Origin: Ostreococcus tauri
Taxonomy: Eukaryota
Reading direction: 5' to 3'
Length of the DNA stretch: 32,000 nucleotides
Assembly: GCA_000214015.2 (NCBI GenBank)
Contig: CAID01000016.2
Location: 206,794-238,793, forward strand
Part shown: piece after piece, positions 17,880-24,524 of the stretch
Layout: each line of letters opens with the position of its first letter
Position numbering within the stretch: position 1 is the first letter of the stretch
The notes under the pieces: generated by a model
Databases searched by the model: none
The model's input: the letters and a program-made list of their open reading frames with translations, nothing else
What the model was told of the DNA's origin: nothing
Position numbers and translations under genes: made by a program

Positions 17880-18152
17880 CGCGACGCGATGCGGCCGCGC
17901 GCGACGCGACGCCTGCGACGGCGACGACGCGTCGTCGCGTCGGCACTCGGCGCGCGCGCGATTTCGAATTGGAATCGCGCGCGACGGCGGCGCGCGAATT
18001 CGACTCGAACGCGAACGTTCCGTGCGCGCGCGCGCGACGACATCGACGAGGGAATAAAGGTACGTCTCGTTCGCGGACGATGCGCGGCGCGACGCGGAGT
18101 CGCGGCGCGGAGAGGGGGCGATCGGTCGAGATCGCATCGCGCGCGCGCTGTT

Positions 18153-18183
18153 CCCCGGCGGCGCGTGCATCGCGCCGCCGGGG
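18153..18183. repeat. perfect 13-bp inverted repeat with 5-nt spacer (CCCCGGCGGCGCG TGCAT CGCGCCGCCGGGG)
   Basis: The arms at 18153-18165 and 18171-18183 are exact reverse complements. It lies about 115 nt upstream of the ATG at 18297. Confidence 0.9.
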
Positions 18184-18296
18184 AGCGCGCGAGCGCGCGA
18201 TGACGACGGGCGCGCGCGCAAGGATGCGTCGATTTGTTTCACGTCGCGGCGCGCGCGCGCGGGCGACGGCGTCGACGACGGTGACGCGTTCGTTCG

Positions 18297-20192
18297 ATGC
18301 GCGCCGATGGCGGATTAATAACTAACTGTCCGCCGTGGACGCGCAGGACGGGAGCAATGCCGCGGGGATACCGCGGTGGATACGACTACGCATTCGCGGG
18401 GTGGAGGAAGCGAAACCGTGAGGCATTCGTGGAAGCGTCTGCTGCTGCTAACGCACGTGTTGGTTGGCCAGTCGGGGGTCGCGGTGGCGCGGATGCCAAA
18501 GCTAAAGCCAAAGCCGAGGCGGACGCCGAGTCGGATGCGGCGAACGCGCGCGTCGCGTTCGCGGCGGAGGCGACACGCGTCGCTCTCGGCGACGTCACGA
18601 ACGCCGCGAGGCGAGACGAGGCGGCGCCGAAGGCGGCGAGCGGAGTCGGATTGGAGGCGCCGGTGGAGAACGACGCGCCCAAAGATACCGCTGGTGGTGT
18701 CGCGACGGCGACGACGCTCGCGTTGAAATACGTCACACGCGCCGCCGGGGACGGACTCGGAGGAGCACCGGTCGTCACCTTGGAGGTGTTTAATGCCGAA
18801 TTGTGCGCCAAGACCATGAACAATGAGACGGTGCGCGGCGTGGATTTCGAGAGCATCATCTCAGACATTTACTCGCGCGTCTCACCGAGCGCGTGCGCGC
18901 CGGACAGGTTCGCGCATTGGCTCGCGAGTGAAGCGCCATTGTTCGCGGCGACGGGGCTGCCGAAGGTCGACATGATGGATGATGATGAAGCGTCTCGCCA
19001 ACGTGCATTTCGACGTACCACCAGTTCAACAAACGCACAGTGGTCCTCCCCGCTCAACGCGGCGGAGTCAAAGTATGCGTGTCAAAATCTTAACGCGGTT
19101 CGCGTCGCGGCGATGGCGCTGGACGCGAGCGAATTCGAGTTGCGTCAGGCTTTGGAAAAGGTCGAGACGGCCACGGGATCGATGGTGCGATATCTGAACG
19201 TACGCGGGTGCTATCACTACAGAATTCGCACCGACGACGGACTCGTGTTCGCGTACATCGGGGAAAGTGTCGATGTAGAGCGACGAATCAACGAGCACTT
19301 GACGGCGCTGCTCGGCGACGGGCGCGCGCACGACATTCAGCGAGGACACGCACTCGTTCGACGAGCCCGAAAGGGCGACGACGACCATGCTGATGCTGAT
19401 TTTCAATGCAGTTTGTGGGTCATTCACGGACAGGATGAAGCGAGCGCGGTCGAGTTGGCGAAGACGTACGTGAAAACGTGCGCGTCGACGCCGTCGATTT
19501 TGGAAGTCGCGCGCGCGATTGCGAGCGCCGGATTCTTCGTCGAAGCGGTATTCACCGCGCACTACGGGACCTTGCACGAGCACACCGCGGACGGCGTCGT
19601 CGGAATGAACTTTTCTCAGCCCGGTGTGTGCCATACCAGGGAGGTCGAGATCAGAGAGACATTCGGAAAGAAGACGCGATGTACGAAGACCTTGCCGGCG
19701 TTCACGTGCGGACGGTGCGACAAAGATTTTCCGCAAGGAAAGTCGCGAAGTCACTCCCACGGAGACGGCCATGGACGCGTGTGCGCAAGATGCTACCAAA
19801 TCGCTTTGTATGCAAAGAAGCCGCAGTTTCAGTGCCTTGAGTGCGACAGAGAGATGCAAGGGAAACGAAGTTACCGCGGAGACGGCGATGGACGCGTGTG
19901 CGCAAGATGCTACCAAATCGCTTTGTATGCAAAGCAACCACCGTTCACGTGCGCGCTATGCTCGCATGCGGTTTCTCGAGGGAAACAAAATTACCGCGAC
20001 AGAGTCAGCGGTGCACGCGTGTGCGTTGGGTGCTACCAAAAAGCAAGCAAGGAGAATCAGCCACCGTTCACGTGCGCGCTATGCTCGCATGCGGTTTCTC
20101 GAGGGAAGGTGAGTCATCCCCAAAGAGATGGTGACGGGCGCGTGTGCGAAGCTTGCTACAGGAAATGCCTCGCGTCCACCCGCGAAATGTGA
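18297..20192 (+). CDS. GIY-YIG nuclease domain protein with four C-terminal tandem CxxC-x18-21-CxxC zinc fingers
   Basis: 631-aa ORF with ATG at 18297; an alternative ATG is at 18357. GIY-YIG landmarks: CYHYRIRTDDGLVFAYIGESVDVERRINEH (compare I-TevI GIYQIKNTLNNKVYVGSAKDFEKRWKRH, recalled from memory), then FFVEAVF (Glu) and GMNFSQPG (Asn). The four fingers have Cys pairs at aa 471/474-496/499, 513/516-535/538, 552/555-576/579 and 593/596-617/620. Confidence 0.65.
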   Translation: MRADGGLITNCPPWTRRTGAMPRGYRGGYDYAFAGWRKRNREAFVEASAAANARVGWPVGGRGGADAKAKAKAEADAESDAANARVAFAAEATRVALGDVTNAARRDEAAPKAASGVGLEAPVENDAPKDTAGGVATATTLALKYVTRAAGDGLGGAPVVTLEVFNAELCAKTMNNETVRGVDFESIISDIYSRVSPSACAPDRFAHWLASEAPLFAATGLPKVDMMDDDEASRQRAFRRTTSSTNAQWSSPLNAAESKYACQNLNAVRVAAMALDASEFELRQALEKVETATGSMVRYLNVRGCYHYRIRTDDGLVFAYIGESVDVERRINEHLTALLGDGRAHDIQRGHALVRRARKGDDDHADADFQCSLWVIHGQDEASAVELAKTYVKTCASTPSILEVARAIASAGFFVEAVFTAHYGTLHEHTADGVVGMNFSQPGVCHTREVEIRETFGKKTRCTKTLPAFTCGRCDKDFPQGKSRSHSHGDGHGRVCARCYQIALYAKKPQFQCLECDREMQGKRSYRGDGDGRVCARCYQIALYAKQPPFTCALCSHAVSRGKQNYRDRVSGARVCVGCYQKASKENQPPFTCALCSHAVSRGKVSHPQRDGDGRVCEACYRKCLASTREM

Positions 20193-20257
20193 TACGAGTA
20201 ATAACTTTTGTAACGGGTAATCGGTGAAGAACTGAATTCAATGCAAGCTCTTTGATT

Positions 20258-20268
20258 AAAAATTAAAA
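20258..20268 (-). terminator. candidate RNA polymerase III terminator (TTTT AA TTTTT on minus strand) downstream of tRNA-Glu
   Basis: Plus strand reads AAAAATTAAAA. The first T4 run begins about 22 nt past the tRNA 3' end. Confidence 0.5.
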
Positions 20269-20289
20269 GCCTTCGCAAGGGCAAATGTC

Positions 20290-20362
20290 TTTCCTCGCCG
20301 GGATTCGAACCCGAGTCTCTAGGGTGAAAGCCTAGCGTGATAACCATCTACACTACGAAGAC
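20290..20362 (-). tRNA. tRNA-Glu (anticodon UUC)
   Basis: Minus strand reads GTCTTCG TA GTGT AGATGGTTA TCAC G CTAGG CTTTCAC CCTAG AGAC TCGGG TTCGAAT CCCGG CGAGGAA A. A and B boxes are present. The acceptor stem has 6 of 7 pairs, with a G1-A72 mismatch. Confidence 0.8.
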
Positions 20363-20590
20363 TTTGCCGGCATTCACATGTATTGCGTGCTCGTGCGCGC
20401 GCGTCTCGAATTCAAATTTAAACGGTCGGATCTCGCGAGAAACGGATAGATAATGTCCCTCCGCGCCGCCTGGGCGCGCGCGCGACGCGGAGTGACGCGA
20501 CGGAGCGGTTTGCGCGAAATTCTCAGTGTAAAGGTGCTTCGTGTGACGTGTTGTTGATTAAAACATAACCTCGTGTCGACTCCCACGGAT

Positions 20591-22309
20591 TTATTCCACC
20601 TCAATCGTGGCGGGCGGCTTACTGTTAATGTCGTAGAGAACGCGGTTGACCTCCTTGACTTGGTTGGTGATCCGCGAGCTCACAGTCTTCAAAAATTCGG
20701 TCGGGAACGGGTACCAGTCCGCCGTCATGCCGTCGCTCGAGCACACGGCGCGCAGGCCAATCATGAACGAATGCGAGCGCTGGTCGCCCTGCACCCCGAC
20801 CGTGCGAACGGGCAAGAAGTAGGCGAACGCTTGCCAGATCTCGTCGTATAAACCAAACTCTCGGATTGTGTTGATATAAATCTCGTCGGCTCGGCGCAAA
20901 ATGTCCAACGCGTTATTCGCGGTGACGTCTCCGACGATGCGAACGCCGAGACCCGGACCTGGGAACGGATGGCGCGCCAAGAACGTGCGCGGGACGTCCA
21001 TGAGCGCCCCGAGCTTTCGAACCTCGTCCTTGAACAACATGCGAAGCGGCTCGACGAGCTCGAAACCGAGCTCCTTGGGCAAACCGCCGACGTTGTGGTG
21101 CGACTTAATCGTGTGCGAGTGCTTTTGATCACTTCCCGGGGGCGGGCACGATTCAATGACGTCCGGATAAAGCGTTCCTTGCACCAAAAACGTCGGTCGC
21201 ACTCCGGTGCGCTTTTCGATCTCGCTCTTGAAGTTCTTGAAGCACTCGATGAACTCGGCGCCGATGATCTTTCGCTTCTTCTCCGGATCGCTCACCCCGG
21301 CGAGCGCCTTGAGCATCTGCTCGCTGTGATCGACACAGTCCACGGGTAAGTGCAAGTGGTCCTTGAACATCTCCATCACGCGTTCTTGCTCTTTGTATCG
21401 CAGCAAGCCGTTGTCGACGAAGACGCAGTGGAGGCGGTCGCCGATCGCCTTGTGCACGAGCGTCGCCGCGACCGCGGAATCGACGCCGCCGGAGAGCGCG
21501 CAGATAACGTGCGCATCCTTCCCAACCTTTTCATTCACGATGGCGATCTGTTCGTCCAGGACGTTTTGCATCGACCACTCCGCCTTGACGCCGGCGATGT
21601 CGAACAAGAACCTCCGGAGCATCTCCGTCCCCTTCTCGCTGTGCGTCACCTCGGGGTGGTACTGCAACCCGAACAACTTACGATCAGCGTCCTCGATCGC
21701 CACGACCGCTCCCGCCTCGGACTTCCCGACGCAAACGAACCCGCTCGGGAGTTTCGTCGCCTCGTCGCCGTGCGACATCCACACCTGCTCCGAATCGCCC
21801 GCCTTCGACCCCTTCCCGTACAGCAACGAGTCATCGCTCTGATACACCACGGGCATGCGCCCGTACTCTCCCTTCCCGACCGCCGCCTCGACGACGCCGC
21901 CCAATCGCTGCACCAAGAGCTGCATCCCGTAGCACACCCCGAGCACGGGCGTCGACGTCTCCGCGACGCGTTCAAAAAACCCATCCGGCACCGTGGGCGC
22001 CCCCTCCACGTGCACGCTGTTCGGCCCCCCCGAGAGCACGATCGCCTTCGGCTTCAACGCCTCGATCCGCGCCATGTCCGCGTCGCCCGGCAGGAGCACC
22101 GAGTACGCCCCGAGTTCGCGCACCCGTCGCGCGATCAGTTGCGTGTACTGCGACCCGTAATCGAGGACGACCACCGCGTCGACGCCCTCCGTCGCCGACG
22201 GGCGTCCATCCGTCGTCTTCGCTCGCTTCGCGTCCGTCATCGTTCGCGCGCGCGCGTGCGCGGTCGCGTCGCGCGTCGCGTCGCGTCGGCGGTGTTCAAA
22301 AAATCCCAT
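20591..22309 (-). CDS. GMPS: GMP synthase (glutamine-hydrolysing)
   Basis: 572-aa ORF with ATG at 22309; an alternative ATG is at 22240 (MTDAKR). Amidotransferase N-terminus VVVLDYGSQYTQLIARRVRELG...GVCYGMQ. ATP-pyrophosphatase loop LSGGVDSAVAA. Typical C-terminus ...RVLYDINSKPPATIEVE. Confidence 0.9.
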   Translation of the reverse strand: MGFFEHRRRDATRDATAHARARTMTDAKRAKTTDGRPSATEGVDAVVVLDYGSQYTQLIARRVRELGAYSVLLPGDADMARIEALKPKAIVLSGGPNSVHVEGAPTVPDGFFERVAETSTPVLGVCYGMQLLVQRLGGVVEAAVGKGEYGRMPVVYQSDDSLLYGKGSKAGDSEQVWMSHGDEATKLPSGFVCVGKSEAGAVVAIEDADRKLFGLQYHPEVTHSEKGTEMLRRFLFDIAGVKAEWSMQNVLDEQIAIVNEKVGKDAHVICALSGGVDSAVAATLVHKAIGDRLHCVFVDNGLLRYKEQERVMEMFKDHLHLPVDCVDHSEQMLKALAGVSDPEKKRKIIGAEFIECFKNFKSEIEKRTGVRPTFLVQGTLYPDVIESCPPPGSDQKHSHTIKSHHNVGGLPKELGFELVEPLRMLFKDEVRKLGALMDVPRTFLARHPFPGPGLGVRIVGDVTANNALDILRRADEIYINTIREFGLYDEIWQAFAYFLPVRTVGVQGDQRSHSFMIGLRAVCSSDGMTADWYPFPTEFLKTVSSRITNQVKEVNRVLYDINSKPPATIEVE

Positions 22310-22464
22310 CGCGCGGCGGCGGCGGGGCGCTCGCCGTAATCAACCCGTCGTGAACCCATGAGAGACTGGCGGGCGCGGGTGGGGTGGTCGTGGTCGTATT
22401 GTATACGTACGACGCCCGTGTGATGCACGTCCGGGACCCCACCGGCGCGGCGGGCGCGCGTCGC

Positions 22465-22538
22465 CGTATATAATCACGACGGCGCGCATGTATTTCGTCG
22501 ACGTATATAATCACGACGGCGCGCATGTATTTCGTCGA
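22465..22538. repeat. 2 x 37-bp perfect tandem repeat carrying TATATAA (CGTATATAATCACGACGGCGCGCATGTATTTCGTCGA); inverted 13-mer copy at 22573-22585
   Basis: The copies at 22465-22501 and 22502-22538 are identical. GTGATTATATACG at 22573-22585 is the reverse complement of the first 13 nt. All lie in the 423-nt divergent spacer between GMP synthase and the next gene. Confidence 0.9.
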
Positions 22539-22732
22539 TGGGGCCATCGACGGCGTGGACATGGGCTCCGTTGTGATTATATACGACGACGCCGACCCCA
22601 CGGCGCGCGAGACGAACCGTCGGGGGAACGACATCGCGCGCGACGGCACCGCGCGACGCCCCGCGCGCGCGAACGACGACGACGACGGCATCGCGCGCGC
22701 GAACGACGACGACGACGACGACGGCGCGCGCG

Positions 22733-23944
22733 ATGGCGTCCGCGGTTCGCGCGTTGCGGTGGGCGGACGACGACGAGACGTGGGACGACGCGACGACGGG
22801 GACGACGGATGCGAAGGAAAACGCGCGAACGCGCGAGAGAGATGGGAAAGCGACGGCGACGCGCGCGAGACGAGGGCTCGGCGCGTTGGACGTGAACGTC
22901 GTGGACGATCGAGGGGCGTCGCCGGGGTCGGTGGCGCGAGCGGTTTTCGCGGGGTCGACTCCGGGAACGATGAGCGCGAAACACGCGTCGCGGACGCGCG
23001 CGATCGAGGTGGATGAAGACGACGCGGAGGAGGATGCGGCGTCGACGATGATGTTGGAGACGTCGTTTGATTTGGGACTCGGGCTCGATCTGGACGATGC
23101 GTCGGCGTCGCCGAGCGAACTGGACGCGTCCGAGCGTGCGGCGCCGACGCCGTTGAACACGCCCGCGGACGGCGCGCGATTCGGCTCGTTCGGCTCCCCC
23201 GTGGTCGCGTTTGAGTCTCCCATCGTCGGTGCGCGAACGAAAGAGGAGCTCCGAGTGATGTTGGCGAAGATTGTGGACGAGATGGAGATTGATTTCGACG
23301 ACGCGTTCGACGGGGACGTCTTTGAGAAGACGCGCGAGCTCGCGGTCCGCGCGAAGAAGCCCTCAACGTTGACGATGCAAATTCCAGTGATCACGGCAGT
23401 CTTTGCACTCGGTATCATCGCGAGCGTGTTTTACGCGAGTTGGCCCGCTCGAGACGTCGCGGTGAACATCGAGGGCTCGGCGTTCTCGCACGCGTGGCTT
23501 TTTGGAGCGGGCGCGAACTGGCGCGAGTTCGGCGTCATCGGTGGTGAATCGTACGGTCGGTTGATGCGAGCGAACGAGATGATGGCGCGTCGCACACGAC
23601 GAGGAGAACTCATCCGAGTCGTCGCTCACGTCTTGTTTCGTGCGCCAAAGGTCTTGGCGTACGCGAGCGCAGTATCCGCCACCGTCGCCGCGGTTGGAAA
23701 AATCATTGACGAGGGAGCGAGAGCGCTCGATCGCTACGTCGCGAGCACGAGCGCGTGCATGATGGCCGTACAGGACGAATCGAATACGGCCGACTCGGAC
23801 GACGTGGTGAATTTCGTCGTCGCGTCCAGGACGCCGACGATTCATCCGCAAACCAGAGTGGACTCGGCGTTAACGCGTGATGACGTTTTGGATGATGAAT
23901 CCGACGCCCTCTTCGAGGGATTTTTCGCGGTGATGCACGTGTAA
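22733..23944 (+). CDS. hypothetical acidic protein with one predicted transmembrane segment
   Basis: 403-aa ORF with ATG at 22733. D/E-rich N-terminal half and a hydrophobic stretch IPVITAVFALGIIASVFYASW. It contains the second copy of the 56-bp element, in frame, coding IEGSAFSHAWLFGAGANW. The opposite-strand ORFs here are Arg/Pro/Ser-rich, as expected for GC-driven artefacts. Confidence 0.5.
   Translation: MASAVRALRWADDDETWDDATTGTTDAKENARTRERDGKATATRARRGLGALDVNVVDDRGASPGSVARAVFAGSTPGTMSAKHASRTRAIEVDEDDAEEDAASTMMLETSFDLGLGLDLDDASASPSELDASERAAPTPLNTPADGARFGSFGSPVVAFESPIVGARTKEELRVMLAKIVDEMEIDFDDAFDGDVFEKTRELAVRAKKPSTLTMQIPVITAVFALGIIASVFYASWPARDVAVNIEGSAFSHAWLFGAGANWREFGVIGGESYGRLMRANEMMARRTRRGELIRVVAHVLFRAPKVLAYASAVSATVAAVGKIIDEGARALDRYVASTSACMMAVQDESNTADSDDVVNFVVASRTPTIHPQTRVDSALTRDDVLDDESDALFEGFFAVMHV
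23468..23523. repeat. second copy of the 56-bp element (identical to 17172-17227), inside a CDS
   Basis: 56/56 identity by direct comparison. Confidence 0.95.
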
Positions 23945-23966
23945 AATAAAATGAAATGTGACGTAC

Positions 23967-24064
23967 GATGAAAGAGCCGTGTACTCCCGAATCCGCGCGC
24001 ACCGTGGCCACCCTTGATGAAAGAGCCGTGTACTCCCGAATCCGCGCGCACCGTGGCCACCCTT
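23967..24064. repeat. 2 x 49-bp perfect tandem repeat (GATGAAAGAGCCGTGTACTCCCGAATCCGCGCGCACCGTGGCCACCCTT)
   Basis: The copies at 23967-24015 and 24016-24064 are identical. The unit contains the palindrome GGTGGCCACC. It lies between the stop at 23944 and the tRNA-Lys terminator. Confidence 0.95.
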
Positions 24065-24079
24065 GGCCGTTTTGGGCTT

Positions 24080-24087
24080 AAAAAAAA
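24080..24087 (-). terminator. RNA polymerase III terminator (T8 on minus strand) 4 nt after tRNA-Lys
   Basis: The plus strand has A8 at 24080-24087. The minus strand reads ...TGAAGGTA TCGA TTTTTTTT. Confidence 0.75.
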
Positions 24088-24091
24088 TCGA

Positions 24092-24276
24092 TACCTTCAA
24101 CGGGGCTCGAACCCGCGACCACACGCTTACACTACGGGACGATGTCCGTGTACTGTCAAGCATTCAGTCAATCACACTGTTACGTGCGGTTGAAGTTGAA
24201 ATGTGCATATAGAGCCCGAAGTCATCGGGACGCCTTATTTAAGAGGCGTGCGCTCTACCAACTGAGCTATGAAGGC
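24092..24276 (-). tRNA. tRNA-Lys (anticodon CUU) interrupted by a 112-nt intron at the canonical 37/38 position
   Basis: 5' exon: GCCTTCA TA GCTC AGTTGGTA GAGC G CACGC CTCTTA. 3' exon: A GCGTG TGGTC GCGGG TTCGAGC CCCGT TGAAGGT A. All four stems pair, with G1-U72 and G49-U65 wobbles. A and B boxes are intact. The intron begins AATAAGG, and its AAG can pair with the CUU anticodon. Confidence 0.8.
24128..24239 (-). other. tRNA-Lys intron (about 112 nt; boundary ambiguous by 1 nt within an A run)
   Basis: This is the sequence between anticodon-loop position 37 and the A GCGTG 3' half. It contains small hairpins, CCCGA-TGACT-TCGGG and GGAC-GAT-GTCC. Confidence 0.7.
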
Positions 24277-24524
24277 CTTGTTCGGATCACGTCGGTCGAC
24301 GCGTTCACAGCTTGTATGAGCTTATACTACGAGGTGTAACAATTGTCGGTCCGGAAAAATGAAGTATTTAGTATAGCAAAAGTTACGGGTATTTCAGAGA
24401 CGAAGTCGCGCGATCATCAGCCCTCGCACGCACGTTTCGCTCGACGCGTTCGTCTGATCAGAGACACGATGATTCGCTAGTACCTCATGATGTTTCAAAT
24501 CTCTAAGACTTCGTGTTTTCGCCC

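Noticed and set aside
17660-17900. The (CCCTAAA)2 stretch as the template of a telomerase RNA gene.
   Set aside because: The + strand would carry the correct template sense. However, I see no T-run terminator downstream on that strand and no USE/TATA arrangement just upstream. The T18 terminator is on the opposite strand, whose RNA would carry the G-strand sequence. The idea cannot be supported from sequence alone.
20156-20347. ORFs overlapping the tRNA genes (20156-20347 on - and 24142-24339 on +).
   Set aside because: Their open frames run across the tRNA-Glu and tRNA-Lys sequences. The tRNA folds explain the conservation-like appearance.
17127-20425. The shared 10-mer ATTTAAACGG at 17127-17136 and 20416-20425, read as a target-site duplication bounding a 3.3-kb mobile island (repeats + GIY-YIG gene + tRNA-Glu). 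I also looked for terminal inverted repeats in the AT-rich flanks.
   Set aside because: Many 10-mer coincidences are expected by chance in 32 kb. I found no convincing TIRs. Both AT-rich flanks are equally well explained as ordinary 3' UTR or terminator sequence.
23461-23649. The genic copy of the 56-bp element as part of a Micromonas-type introner element.
   Set aside because: The long ORFs across the window are uninterrupted, which argues against an introner-saturated genome. The candidate 189-nt interval is in frame with no stop, so splicing cannot be inferred. It also lacks the exact ACTGAC motif seen in the four confirmed or proposed introns, having only CTCAC. It is kept as an open question under the 56-bp repeat finding.
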